From a virus (taxonomy: Duplodnaviria > Caudoviricetes), in the IMG/VR virus record IMGVR_UViG_3300017791_000207, positions 1 through 64,000 of that record: DNA of 64,000 nt; one strand, written 5' to 3'. Within the stretch, counting starts at the first letter, position 1. Each line of letters opens with the position of its first letter. Of this stretch, positions 10,696 to 21,754 are shown one piece after another. Below the pieces are notes generated by a model that searched no databases, had not been told where the DNA came from, and worked only from the letters and a program-made list of their open reading frames with translations. The position numbers and the translations under genes were made by a program.

Positions 10696-10860
10696 ATGGC
10701 TAAAAACAGGCTGAAGGCATTTGTGAAATATGACTCGTCAGGGCGTATTGTGCCAGGCATCTTAATTGTAAGAACCAAGAAACCAACAGGAAATGGTGAT
10801 TGGGTGGAAATACCAAGTACACGCTGTTGCAGTAATTTAGAGGTTGTTCCAACAACTTAA
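10696..10860 (+). CDS. 54-aa small virion protein (absent from ORF track)
   Basis: MAKNRLKAFVKYDSSGRIVPGILIVRTKKPTGNGDWVEIPSTRCCSNLEVVPTT; fills the gap and is followed by a terminator. Confidence 0.7.
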   Translation: MAKNRLKAFVKYDSSGRIVPGILIVRTKKPTGNGDWVEIPSTRCCSNLEVVPTT

Positions 10861-10867
10861 AAATTGA

Positions 10868-10891
10868 GTTGCCCCGTAAGGCAACCTTTTT
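10868..10891 (+). terminator. Intrinsic terminator
   Basis: GTTGCC-ccgtaa-GGCAAC followed by CTTTTT. Confidence 0.6.
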
Positions 10892-10938
10892 CAATTAAAA
10901 CAAAACATTTAAATAAACAGAAAAATATATTTTTCCTG

Positions 10939-11688
10939 ATGTCAAACTATACAAAACTTTTTAATTATACAGTCAAGGATTTAACACAAGATGCAGATTT
11001 CCGAAGATGGATGTGTGCATTATCCAAGAATTGTTCTTCGGGGGGTGGAGGCGGTGCAGTTTCATCTGTCAATGGAGAAACAGGAGATGTTTTACTTGGA
11101 TTACAGGAAGTAACAGATGTTAATTTCAGCACTAATAAATCCCTTGTTAGTACAGGATTTTCAGGACTATCACCTAACAGTACAGGTATTTTTAAAATAT
11201 CAAATTTGAGTGGATTTGCTAATGGCACTGCTACAGGAGCCATTGGATCATTCGTTACATTAAATGATACGACAGGAGAAATCAGGTTAGTACCTAATGG
11301 AGCTGTGAATCCATCACCCTCACTAGCTATAAATAAAATATCAGATGATACAGGAATCATTGCTAAGTTTGATGGGAGAGTACAAGGAACTGCGGCCACT
11401 ACTAACGGTGAATTTGTAATATATGATCAAGTAATTCCTGTTATACAACATCCTTACAAAGGAGGTCAATCTGTATTTACAGCAGATGGTACAACCACAG
11501 TATTTAATATCACCCATAACCTTGGTGCTATACCTTCTTTTTTTAGTTTAACTACCACTCAACCCATTGCTGCAAATCATTTAACACGTACTATTACATT
11601 TCCAGACAATAATACCATGAGATTAACATTTGCACTTCCTCCCAACCCTACGGAAAATGCAAATTATGTATGGATTGTTTACAAATAA
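10939..11688 (+). CDS. Tail fibre/collar-like structural protein
   Basis: SGGGGGAVSSVNGETGDV tail-fibre motif, LQEVTD motif and C-terminal FTADG..ITHNLG domain; ATG 10939 is the likely start. Confidence 0.6.
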   Translation: MSNYTKLFNYTVKDLTQDADFRRWMCALSKNCSSGGGGGAVSSVNGETGDVLLGLQEVTDVNFSTNKSLVSTGFSGLSPNSTGIFKISNLSGFANGTATGAIGSFVTLNDTTGEIRLVPNGAVNPSPSLAINKISDDTGIIAKFDGRVQGTAATTNGEFVIYDQVIPVIQHPYKGGQSVFTADGTTTVFNITHNLGAIPSFFSLTTTQPIAANHLTRTITFPDNNTMRLTFALPPNPTENANYVWIVYK

Positions 11689-11722
11689 GAGTCTTCTTTA
11701 CTAACCCTATCACCACTCTCAA

Positions 11723-13519
11723 ATGAAAAACAAATTACTAATAGTAATAGCTTTGTTATTACTCTGTTTTCCTGTACACAGTCAAAACTCAGGACCAGGA
11801 TATGCACAATTGAATGATTTCTCAATGCCTTTTATGAGGTCTGTATTTTGGTTAAGGTCTGCAATACCCGCAGGTTCAGTCCCGATCCTCACGATGTCTG
11901 GAACGAATAGTGTAAGAATTCATACTGATACTACCTTTATAAATACCTTGGCAAATAGAAATGATACAGTAGTTTATAAATTAGTGCAAATAGGTTCTGA
12001 TGCAATGCTTAGAGCTTTTGTACCTAGTTATTTGGTTTATAGAGACACCTTAAATTTGTCTAATAGAATTGATCTTAAATTTAATACTACAGACACCACT
12101 AATAAATGGCTCAGTATTGGATATGTTCCAAATTGGAATTCAATTACCAATAAACCGAATTTCCTGGATAGCTCTACATTATATACATTTATTAATGGTA
12201 AACTTTCAATAGGAGATACAACAGGACATTGGGTAAATATTGGAAGATATGTTTCTGATAGTATTACCCTCAGGGCCTTAATAGATACCAAAATGGATAA
12301 AGCAGACTCAGTTAAGTTTTATCCGATGTTTTCAAATCCTAAACCTTATTTAACAGGTGCAGATACCATTAATCTATCGAATTTAGTAGCACAAAAACTA
12401 AATCAAGTAGATACTTCAGCTCATTGGACTCCTCTCACAAGGAATTTAACAATCAATGGAGTTACACAGAATTTAACAACAGATAGATTTTGGAATGTAG
12501 GTACTTTAGTTGGTAATGATACGTTATCACTTTCCAATAGAATAAATGGTAAATTAAATACAAGTGATACAGCAAATCATTGGTATCCCTTAAGTTCAAA
12601 TCCATCAGGATATTTAACAACTATTACATCGGGTCAAGTTACATCAGCTCTTGGTTACACACCATTAAAACCTGCTGATACAACAGGTAAATGGAAAAGT
12701 TCTTCTTATACACCAACATCAAGTGAAATAACTACAGCCTTAGGATTTACACCTTATAACAGTACAAACCCGAATGGTTATATAAGTTCTATCACAAGTG
12801 GAAATGTTACAACTGCTTTGGGATATACACCTGTTACAAATGCAAGGACGCTTACAATAAATGGTACAACACAAGATCTTTCTGCTAATAGAACATGGTC
12901 AGTTGGTACAGTTACAAGTACAGGATTAACCACAGGAACAACAGGTACAGATGTAAATGTATCAGGAAGCCCAATTACAAGTTCGGGTAATATTACTTTG
13001 AATATACCAACTGCCTCAGCAACTAATCGAGGTGTATTATCTACAACAGATTGGTCAACATTTAACAACAAACAAAATAAGTTAAAACTCACAACTAATA
13101 ACACATCAGGTGCAGCAACATTTAGTAATGATACATTAAACATACCAACTTATGTTGCAGCGGCACCTACTTTTAATAATACACCTTCGAGAAGTTTAAA
13201 TAGCTCTTTTCAGGTATCAACTACAAATAATTCAAGAGTAAGTTATACGGTATCTTGTGCAACAGGATTAGCTCTATTAAATTTAAACTCAACAGCACAA
13301 GTATTTTTAGAAATTTCTTCTAACAACTCAACTTGGACTACAATAGCAGGTGGTGGTAATACTCAAACTTTATCAGTAGCAATTTCATTAGGTATTAATA
13401 CCACACAATTACAAAATTTGCAATGCGAGGTACCTGCTGGATATTGGGTTCGTCTGAGGACAGTAACCTCGGGAGGAGGGACAACAACTTTCTCAAGTGG
13501 ACAGGAAGTTATCTATTAA
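11723..13519 (+). CDS. Tail-fibre-like repeat protein with N-terminal Sec signal peptide
   Basis: VTxALG(Y/F)TP x3, LTINGxTQxL x2, SATNRGVLSTTDWSTFNNK; N-terminus MKNKLLIVIALLLLCFPVHS/Q; DT(L/I)xLSN repeats. Confidence 0.65.
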   Translation: MKNKLLIVIALLLLCFPVHSQNSGPGYAQLNDFSMPFMRSVFWLRSAIPAGSVPILTMSGTNSVRIHTDTTFINTLANRNDTVVYKLVQIGSDAMLRAFVPSYLVYRDTLNLSNRIDLKFNTTDTTNKWLSIGYVPNWNSITNKPNFLDSSTLYTFINGKLSIGDTTGHWVNIGRYVSDSITLRALIDTKMDKADSVKFYPMFSNPKPYLTGADTINLSNLVAQKLNQVDTSAHWTPLTRNLTINGVTQNLTTDRFWNVGTLVGNDTLSLSNRINGKLNTSDTANHWYPLSSNPSGYLTTITSGQVTSALGYTPLKPADTTGKWKSSSYTPTSSEITTALGFTPYNSTNPNGYISSITSGNVTTALGYTPVTNARTLTINGTTQDLSANRTWSVGTVTSTGLTTGTTGTDVNVSGSPITSSGNITLNIPTASATNRGVLSTTDWSTFNNKQNKLKLTTNNTSGAATFSNDTLNIPTYVAAAPTFNNTPSRSLNSSFQVSTTNNSRVSYTVSCATGLALLNLNSTAQVFLEISSNNSTWTTIAGGGNTQTLSVAISLGINTTQLQNLQCEVPAGYWVRLRTVTSGGGTTTFSSGQEVIY

Positions 13520-13529
13520 ATAAAATAAT

Positions 13530-14216
13530 ATGAAAGAACAATTAAAGAATCTACTTAAAGATGTAAGAACTTACCTTATATTAGGTTTAATTATAGTAGG
13601 CGCAGTATATTACAGATCATGTAATCAAAAAGCAGAGATAGGTCAAATACCTAACATAAACTACAAATTACCTGATAAAGTATATACAGATGAGAAAGGA
13701 GTACAACATGCTCAACAAACTACTCAACCCACAACTACTGATGTGCTGTCGTCGTTAGTAGATTCTTTAATTTCTGAAAATAAAAATCTGAGAAATGCAC
13801 AATCATTAGTGCAAGTAAGTACTCGAATTGATACTGTATTTGTCGAGAAGATTAAATGGAAGGATAGTACGGCGGGAGATTTCACCATTACAAAAAATGA
13901 TGAGTGGATAAAACTTGCAGTAGAGGGGAATATTAAAAGCGGGGAAAGCAAGATATCATTAGAGACAAATGATACCATTTCAATGGTTACTACAACCAAG
14001 AAACATTTATTTAAACCTGATGAAACTTCTATGGATGTCAGCTTAAAAAGCCCGTACAATAAAGTTCAACAGATGAGAAGCTACTCAATACCAGAGAAGA
14101 AAAGCCTACTTGTTGTAGGGCCGAGTGCGGGAGTATTATGGGATGGAAGTAAATGGAGACCTTCGGTAGGAGTAGCAGTAACATACAATTTATTCTCAAT
14201 TAAAACACGTAAGTAA
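13530..14216 (+). CDS. Membrane-anchored protein, putative spanin-like lysis protein
   Basis: N-terminal TM helix followed by SC, short coiled coil, C-terminal amphipathic beta hairpin (VGPSAG...SVGVAVTYNLF); end of late operon. Confidence 0.45.
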   Translation: MKEQLKNLLKDVRTYLILGLIIVGAVYYRSCNQKAEIGQIPNINYKLPDKVYTDEKGVQHAQQTTQPTTTDVLSSLVDSLISENKNLRNAQSLVQVSTRIDTVFVEKIKWKDSTAGDFTITKNDEWIKLAVEGNIKSGESKISLETNDTISMVTTTKKHLFKPDETSMDVSLKSPYNKVQQMRSYSIPEKKSLLVVGPSAGVLWDGSKWRPSVGVAVTYNLFSIKTRK

Positions 14217-14238
14217 CGTCGAAATACATTTCTCCTAA

Positions 14239-14526
14239 ATGACCAAACACAAAATAGAAGTTCCAACCTTAATGGAGGATAATCTCCGAAATTACATTCA
14301 GATGTTACTTGGTGTAAGTGAATTTTCAGATCCTGATTCTCAGGTTATATTCCAAAGAAGTAAAGGTAAATATATAGTAACTATAAAACCTGATACAGAA
14401 GAATTCCGACAAAGTATCATAGATAACATCCTATATATAAACCGTAATCTTAAAATACCAATAAAGTATTCTTCAAGTCTAGCACTTAGTAAATTAGTTT
14501 CATTTACCATTACTTTATCAGATTAA
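14239..14526 (+). CDS. Hypothetical protein
   Basis: 95-aa ORF, last gene of the + strand block. Confidence 0.55.
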   Translation: MTKHKIEVPTLMEDNLRNYIQMLLGVSEFSDPDSQVIFQRSKGKYIVTIKPDTEEFRQSIIDNILYINRNLKIPIKYSSSLALSKLVSFTITLSD

Positions 14527-14537
14527 TTGGTAAAAAT

Positions 14538-14566
14538 AAACCCTCCTTATTACGGGAGGGTTCTTT
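14538..14566. terminator. Bidirectional terminator at convergence of the two transcription arms
   Basis: AACCCTCC-ttattacg-GGAGGGTT with A-run upstream and T-rich run downstream, between converging ORFs. Confidence 0.8.
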
Positions 14567-14568
14567 GT

Positions 14569-14826
14569 TTAAATCTGAATAGTTTTCGCTTCAATCTCAG
14601 TATTATCAACTTGGGTAATCCATCCATCTTTAATACCTTGTTCAAGGATTTCTTGGAAGGCATTCTTACCATCTAAGATTCTCATGGTTTGTTCTGCTTT
14701 CGCCACTCTTGAGTTAAATGTTCCATCATCTACATAATTCATATGTGATTCGATAATAGCATTGAAGACTGCTAACTGAAGACCAGAGATACTTAATTTT
14801 TGCTCAGGTTGCCAAGTGTATTGCAT
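14569..14826 (-). CDS. Hypothetical protein
   Basis: 85-aa ORF in - strand operon. Confidence 0.55.
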   Translation of the reverse strand: MQYTWQPEQKLSISGLQLAVFNAIIESHMNYVDDGTFNSRVAKAEQTMRILDGKNAFQEILEQGIKDGWITQVDNTEIEAKTIQI

Positions 14827-15033
14827 TTGTTTTCTGTTTTTGTATTTATTGTTTGTGAATTAATTTTAATGTTTCTTTCCAAGGTCTATTTCTTACTGAG
14901 GATAAATCATCATAAAGTGCAGCATCTCCTTGCCCTTTATTATAAGCTCTAACTATTAATTCTATTCTATTTATGTTTTCATACTCATCATTAAAACCTA
15001 AATGATAAATTTGGTGTAATATTTCATCTAATT

Positions 15034-15444
15034 CTAACATTTTATTACTCTTATTTTAAGTTTGAAATCGTTAGCTTGTCTTATCATATCTGCTGTTCCT
15101 TTTCCACCTGTATCAAAGGCTATTAAATGAGTAGCAACCTCAGCCATTTCTTTGTTACGAATAGGTCCTGCTGCCTTACCATGTTTATCCCAATCTGCAT
15201 GAAATATTTTGTACTCAATAATATTCTCTTTAGCCCAATCTTTACCTAATTTATCAGCACCTTTAGCTCCACCACCAATAATCAATACTTTTTCCATTGG
15301 TATATTTTGAAAATAAAAATTGAGTTTTTCATCAAGTAAATCATAGTCATTAAAATCACGACCACCTGCAACAATTACTCTATATTCAAATTCCTTGAAC
15401 CAACCATTACCAAGATCTATTTTAACAGGTTTAGAGTTCTCCAT
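15034..15444 (-). CDS. SLOG-family protein (DUF2493/YspA-like)
   Basis: RVIVAGGRDF, GGAKGAD, ADWDKHGKAAGPIRN, GKGTADM motifs. Confidence 0.85.
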   Translation of the reverse strand: MENSKPVKIDLGNGWFKEFEYRVIVAGGRDFNDYDLLDEKLNFYFQNIPMEKVLIIGGGAKGADKLGKDWAKENIIEYKIFHADWDKHGKAAGPIRNKEMAEVATHLIAFDTGGKGTADMIRQANDFKLKIRVIKC

Positions 15445-15904
15445 TTAAATGCTTTTGTTTAAGTTCTTGTGTTAGAGCCTTTATTTTTGGTGTTTTATCA
15501 ATATCAGTATGAACTTGACTGTGGGTTTCCCAAGTAACCAATACTATATTCCACTCACATAAGGCATAAGGTTTATAAGCATCTACCCCTTTCTCTAAAA
15601 TATGGTGACAATAGGTACTTCTCAATTCACCATAAATATACTCTCCTGTTTCAAAGTCTATATGAGGACGACTACCCCATATTTTTCTAAATAATTCCCA
15701 TTGTTTTTCAAGATATTCTTTCTCTTCTAATTTCTTATCCTCACTCTTAGGTTTAACTTTAATCTTACCCGACTTTTTGAAAGAATTATTACTTTTTTTG
15801 AGTGGAGACTTCTTTAGTGTTGAATTACCTTTCTTTAAAGGGCTACTCCTCTTCAGCATCTTCATATTCAATTTCAAGTTTTTCTCCGCGCAATGCAGCA
15901 TCAT
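15431..15904 (-). CDS. HNH-like nuclease with basic N-terminus
   Basis: CHHILEK...WNIVLVTWETHSQVH; K-rich SPLKK repeats. Confidence 0.55.
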   Translation of the reverse strand: MMLHCAEKNLKLNMKMLKRSSPLKKGNSTLKKSPLKKSNNSFKKSGKIKVKPKSEDKKLEEKEYLEKQWELFRKIWGSRPHIDFETGEYIYGELRSTYCHHILEKGVDAYKPYALCEWNIVLVTWETHSQVHTDIDKTPKIKALTQELKQKHLNGEL

Positions 15905-16638
15905 AACCCAATTTAATAGCCTTTATTAAATCAGTACCATCAATAAGATCACGACCAATGATTGCATCTTCGGGTTCAAGAGGGTATATGTTCCATTTAT
16001 CTTGTCCATCAATTTTTAGATCATGTGTAATTAAAGAATCGCAATTTTGTCCTACTATAAGTGTTACTTTCATTTTAATTCAATTGCTTTTAATAGGACT
16101 GCTGTCCCTTGTTTCTTAAATGTAAATTTACCTGTGATAGTCTTTCCGTTTATTAAACCTTCTAATAAGGCATCATTTAACAAAGACATACCTGACTCAT
16201 AAGTTTTCTTGGTGTTTAATCCTTTCCATTGGATATTCAAAGCTGAACGCCCTCTTGAAAAACCTATATACTCCAAAGTATCCTCAAATTCCCAAGGCTC
16301 TTTACCATATTCTTCAGGATTATACATCCAACTATGTTGATTTCCGTCCTTGTCTAAGGGAACTATAAATGTTTTACTCATAGTCATAAAAACTTTTTAT
16401 ATTATACTTTTTCTCAAATTCTTGCACTCTTTTTTGTAGAGAATCTATATCTTCTTTTGTTAAGGGATATTTATTTTTATCAATAAAGATAGCTGTAAAT
16501 TCTCTAGCTTTATCTTCATTAAGTTCAACAAATGCTAAAGTTGTTCCATATTTAACATCGTCAGAAACATTTAAAAATCCGTTTCGATATTTACATATCA
16601 AATTGTAGGGATTAGTTGGTTCATAATCATTCTTTTTA

Positions 16639-17310
16639 TTAGATGTCTCCATTTCCATTTTTCTCTAAAAAGTTTATAATGTCTGTAAGAATAGGATTTC
16701 TATGATTAGATTTCAAAGTGCTATAACCCACAAGTCCTGATTTACCTAATTTTTGAGTCTCGTAGATACATGAATTATTTCCTATCGAAGGATCAATCTG
16801 TTCTTTGGAACCACAGAATATCATTTTACTATCTTTTCCAAGACGTGTCAATATAGTCCTAAAATCACTATATATTAGATCTTCATATTCATCTACTATA
16901 ACAACAGAATCGAGGAAACTAACACCTTTTGCAACTTCCACAGGCATTATCTCTATTAATCCTTCAGCTATCATTTTCTCAGTAGTTTGTTTACCTTGAC
17001 ATTGATAAAGATTTTGTAATATAGGAAAAATATAAGGAGCCATCTTATCCTGAATGGAACCAGGAAGTGCTGAAAGCTTAGTTTTAAGCATAGGTCGTGT
17101 AATCCATATTTTATTAAAACGTTTCTTCCTAAAATAATAAAGAGCTAAATAACAAGCCACTAACGTTTTACCGCTTCCGAAGTCCCCGTGTATAAAATTT
17201 ACATCATTTTCATAGAATAATCTACCAACTTCTTTTTGTTCCTCATTCAAGGTGACATCAAAGTGAGGTTCTGTTTTTAAAGGACGTTTTTCTTTATTTG
17301 GTAAAGACAT
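16639..17310 (-). CDS. phoH: PhoH-family ATPase
   Basis: LNEEQ, GDFGSGKT Walker A, ITRP, LPG..KM.PY, IVDE, LTRLG, QID, HRNP. Confidence 0.9.
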   Translation of the reverse strand: MSLPNKEKRPLKTEPHFDVTLNEEQKEVGRLFYENDVNFIHGDFGSGKTLVACYLALYYFRKKRFNKIWITRPMLKTKLSALPGSIQDKMAPYIFPILQNLYQCQGKQTTEKMIAEGLIEIMPVEVAKGVSFLDSVVIVDEYEDLIYSDFRTILTRLGKDSKMIFCGSKEQIDPSIGNNSCIYETQKLGKSGLVGYSTLKSNHRNPILTDIINFLEKNGNGDI

Positions 17311-17397
17311 AGATATGTTTTAGAGTGTTAAAGCATAATGAATAAAATTCATTCTTGCGAAGGTAAATAATTATTTTCAGATTAACAAATAATTCAT

Positions 17398-18099
17398 CTA
17401 AAATTTAAAAGCTTTTATTGTATGTTTGAAGGGATTTCCTTCAATAGATTTAATTTTATTAATCATCATTTCTGCAATCATCTGAATTTCTTTTTGCGCA
17501 GCCTTGTCATGTCTAAGAATAATAAAATTATAGAAACAAGACATATTCATCATTACAGACAGAGTTAATTCAGAATTCATAGTTTTGAAAAATCTTGCTG
17601 ATTCTTTTGCTCTTTTTCTACCTAAAACAGGTGTTAAATCATTTAAGGAAGCATGATACAATACATTACCTAAATCTGTGTATATTTCTAATGCATGATT
17701 CCAATCATAGCTATTACTTAATAATTTATCTGCTAAAGTCTCAAAACCTGCTTTTTCGTATGTATTTTCAGAAAATTTTATTTCTTTCCAATCCTCAGGT
17801 AAGTAATACTTATCTTCTTTTAATTCTTTATATCGTGCTGATTCTCCATTGATGTTAGCTAATCTATGTTTAAGCAGGTGAATATGACTTGCCTGATCAC
17901 AGGTAATATTAAATTCTACAATACCGCGCTCGAAGGGCGATTTATGAGGCTTACCTGATTCATTATTCCAAAGCTTATTTACAATAAGGTCTTCTATTTG
18001 TTCATCAGTTTTACTTTCTACTTCTATTTGTGTAGAAGTCCATGCAGCTCTTGCGATTGCAATATCCCCACCATACCATCCTATTAATTCAACGTTCAT
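17398..18099 (-). CDS. thyX: Flavin-dependent thymidylate synthase
   Basis: IARAA, HKSPFE, LLKHR..INGESARY, ESAR, LR...AQKEI. Confidence 0.9.
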   Translation of the reverse strand: MNVELIGWYGGDIAIARAAWTSTQIEVESKTDEQIEDLIVNKLWNNESGKPHKSPFERGIVEFNITCDQASHIHLLKHRLANINGESARYKELKEDKYYLPEDWKEIKFSENTYEKAGFETLADKLLSNSYDWNHALEIYTDLGNVLYHASLNDLTPVLGRKRAKESARFFKTMNSELTLSVMMNMSCFYNFIILRHDKAAQKEIQMIAEMMINKIKSIEGNPFKHTIKAFKF

Positions 18100-18885
18100 T
18101 TATTTTTTAATTTAAATTACCAAAGTCTACCTCTTACTCTCAGGTATTTTACTACAGATTCCACATCTTTATAAGGACTATAGTCAATACCATATTTTAC
18201 ATTTTCTTCTGATAAGCCTTTACTCAGGAGTAATTTAGCTAATTTGTTTTTACAGTATATGTCCAAACAATGATCCCCTACAACTTTTATCATATGTGGA
18301 ATTAATTTAGGATAATCCATTAAGTCAATCTCTTCAAGAGATTTATAAAAATCATTTAAACTTGCTGAGTTAGGCCAATAATTATATTCAGTCATCTTAG
18401 TAGGTGTTGCTAATATGATATTTACATGCCCAGTCAAAAAAGAATTATTATTTTCAAAATGATTAGGTATGAGAATTCTATCACCAACTTTGTAAGCTTT
18501 AAATTTATACATCTATTTACTATTCAATATGGTTATTAAATGTTTATCTCTTAGAACAACTTGGTACTCATTATCGTTTATCATTACGGGATATGTACCA
18601 TCTTGCAAGATATTAAAAATGGAGAGAGACCTATTGGTGAATATCAATTCTTTCATTTCAGAAACTTCTATACCACAAACTCTTTCCTTAAATCTCTTGA
18701 TAAAATGTTCAGATAATTGAAATTCAGTCTGATTCCACTTTTGTATCTTGAGATTAACAGCTTTAATCTTTCGTTTGGTCAAAGCAATTTCATCTGCTAA
18801 CTTGATATATTGTTTGATTTGAGCAGTACGTTTCTCTTTCAATTTCACTAACTGCATTCGATAACTTCCCAAGTTGTTCATATTA

Positions 18886-19150
18886 TTATAATTTATGCCA
18901 TCCTAAAGTTTTAGCTTTTTCAATAATTTCAATGCAATCTGATGCAATATCGAAATCTAATTTTACCAACGATTCTTTAAGTTCTTCATTATCTTCAAAT
19001 GTCAATGATCTCTGCAAATATCTTAGACAAATATTGTACCATATATCAAACACATAAGCAGGTACATCCCAAAACTCACCTTGGATTTGCAGTTAATCGA
19101 ATGTCGTCATCCGTATTCGCAATTGTTAAATAAGTTAGTGGATTAGCCAT
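18886..19150 (-). pseudogene. Frameshifted small ORF (about 87 aa if one base is removed)
   Basis: ATG at 19150 reads MANPLTYLTIANTDDDIRLTANPR*; the +1 frame continues GEFWDVPAY...GWHKL* to 18886; span 265 nt = 3n+1. Confidence 0.5.
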
Positions 19151-19155
19151 AATTT

Positions 19156-19698
19156 TTATTTTTCAAGTTCTACTCTTTCACTTTCAAGATTTCTATTTAA
19201 TGCTTTCTCTTGTGTAAAGCCTTCTTCAAGAGGATATCTAATCAAAAGTTTATCAATATTATTTTGAAGACTTTTCTCAATATCAATACCTAAATATTTA
19301 GAAAACGTACCCAATCCTATAAGTACATGCATTGTTTCAAATTCCTGAGATAGATAAACACTTATTAAATCAAGCAGATACTGTGCATCCTTATCTTTAT
19401 ACTCATAGATATAATCATCTACAAAACTTTGACCTGATGCAACAGTTACAAATTCATCAAGAAGAGCCTTTTCAAGAATATTATATTCATTAGCAATGTA
19501 CCAAAATACGTCTGCTATCTCTTCTCCTATGTTTACAAGGTCTAATTCCTTACCATAGGCTAAATTCTTTTTGTAGGCATCCACAAGTTCAGCTAATTCT
19601 GTCACAATACCCATCTTCATATGTAATAAGTCCTTATCTTTTGAACCTAATGATGGACATGTTCTTTTAGCTGCAATCTGATATTCGGATAATTTCAT
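19156..19698 (-). CDS. MazG-like NTP pyrophosphohydrolase
   Basis: EYQ..AKRT, GIVTELAELVD, EEIADVFWY, NIDKL..RYP. Confidence 0.85.
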   Translation of the reverse strand: MKLSEYQIAAKRTCPSLGSKDKDLLHMKMGIVTELAELVDAYKKNLAYGKELDLVNIGEEIADVFWYIANEYNILEKALLDEFVTVASGQSFVDDYIYEYKDKDAQYLLDLISVYLSQEFETMHVLIGLGTFSKYLGIDIEKSLQNNIDKLLIRYPLEEGFTQEKALNRNLESERVELEK

Positions 19699-19711
19699 TT
19701 GATTTATTTTA

Positions 19712-20335
19712 TTATTTTAAATTTGACCATTGACTTGCCATAGCTTCAGCAATACCTTTAAATGTTTTACTCCTCAATGTTCTCCTTTGTTCAGGAGTTT
19801 TTGCATCTAATAAGCCTTTGTAATGAAACATGCTCATACGTTTCTTTTCTCCTTTCTTACTTATGAATTCATAAAATTCTCCTTTATCAACAATATTTGT
19901 TGAACTTAGTTTAGGTAAGCCTTTTAACCATAAACATGTACTCTTTTGTACAGCATCTCCAAATTGATATGGTTGAATTATTTGGTCAGGTTTTCTATAT
20001 TCCTTAGACATGATTCCAATTGGATTTTCAATACATATTTTTTCACAATCAGCATTAACAAACTCCATGAAAAAGTTGATACTTCTTTGTTGAGAACCAT
20101 CTATCCTTTTACGTTCAAAATGACGAGCACCACTTACAGCTAAGTCTGTACACGGAGGAAAAGCAATAATCATATCCCACTTTTCTGTTAATAGCTCTAA
20201 TACATCTTTTTGAAGATGCCATTCAGGATGTCCGCCTGAACAAGGTAAAATATCACAAGAATAAGCTTCATGTCCTAATTTTCTAAACTCTATACATACC
20301 GCCTGACTTTCTTCACACGCTATTAATATTTTCAT
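19712..20335 (-). CDS. DNA cytosine-5 methyltransferase (short phage type)
   Basis: ILIACEESQ, AFPPCT catalytic motif, IENP, K.TCLWL, RSKTF.GIA. Confidence 0.8.
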   Translation of the reverse strand: MKILIACEESQAVCIEFRKLGHEAYSCDILPCSGGHPEWHLQKDVLELLTEKWDMIIAFPPCTDLAVSGARHFERKRIDGSQQRSINFFMEFVNADCEKICIENPIGIMSKEYRKPDQIIQPYQFGDAVQKSTCLWLKGLPKLSSTNIVDKGEFYEFISKKGEKKRMSMFHYKGLLDAKTPEQRRTLRSKTFKGIAEAMASQWSNLK

Positions 20336-21754
20336 AAGTAGTTTTTATTTTCAATCTCTATTTGTCTGTCATTTATTCTATCAAACTTTTGTAACTCTCC
20401 CAATATTCTTCTTCTTAATTCATCCTTTGAATAGAAGGAATCATTGGGAGAAATGGCTGAAAATATCCTTCGAGGCTTTTGTTTTACTGCTTTTCTTCTA
20501 AGCAAGAAATTATACCAAGGCTCATAGGTTTCAATTCCTTCATAAAAAACAGCCCATGCTATTCCAAAAGAATTATAATGATCTTCGAATAAAAGAATTC
20601 TTCCATCTATATTAATCTTTTCCATATTATTTTAAATTTTCAGTTAATCTTTTCTTTATTTCACGCACATAATGTGGTACATTTGATAGTGTTAATTCAC
20701 CATTTATACTTTCGGCCAAGAATCGTTCAATAACTTCATCACTAAGAGATAATGGTAATTCTTTATGATAAACACCATTATACTCTTTTAAAGCTTCGAC
20801 AATCACAGCACAAAGTTCATATGATTCTTCAGCAATAAGTTCCTCAATATAATAAAGGAGAGGTATATAACCCATTTCAGAAAGTATAAACCTGAGTTCT
20901 AACTTAATTCTTGATTCCTTAATAAGCATACAATCAAAATTTTAAATTGTTACTAGACGTTCAATTTTCCTCAACTCATTAATTGACGGACACTTACCAA
21001 AGAAAATAGTTAATTCAGAACCAAGATGATCCAAGAAATCAATCTTAATAATACTGTCTTCGTAGTTCATATCAAGAACCAACCCACCATATTGGACAGC
21101 CTTATGATAAAGAGTATGATCATTATTCAAGGATTTATTGTAACCTTCTGATTTAACATCTTCTTCATCAAGATATTTGGTTTGAACAGTCCACATTCCT
21201 GACCTAATCCTATTAAAGGTATCTGAATTTACAATAATTGGATCAAACCCATCGCCTCTATCATCAGCTTCACATTCATAGCCTACAAACAAATCCTCTA
21301 TATCAGGTATATAATACTCATTACTTGTTGGCATTTTGAATCATTTTTAATAAGTTTTTAAAAGAACTAAAAGTTGGTACTTTGAGAGTAATGCTTTCTC
21401 CATAATGACCTTTATCTACTGAGATAGACCAATAACCATCCTCATCTCCATCTAAAGAATATTTATTATCATGACTATACCAACGTCCCATTCTCAATTC
21501 AAAACTATTTTTCTCTAAGAATTCTACAATATTATGATAATGATTACTCATAAATCTCTAAATTATCATTAATAGGAAATAAAACTCCATCTGTACTACG
21601 CATATATAACTCCTCGGTAGTCTTATCTTCAGGTCTGACTCTGACCTTATTCTTTAATACTTCATCAACCGTACCTTTGGTCTTTTTACCTGTTAGTGGA
21701 GATGTGTATATGAATTTAGCCTGAGAAAATGTATTTTCGATGTGTTTATTTTGG

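Noticed and set aside
11723-13519. Tail-fibre-like gene as a DGR target
   Set aside because: No segment resembling TR was found at its 3' end or elsewhere in the structural genes.
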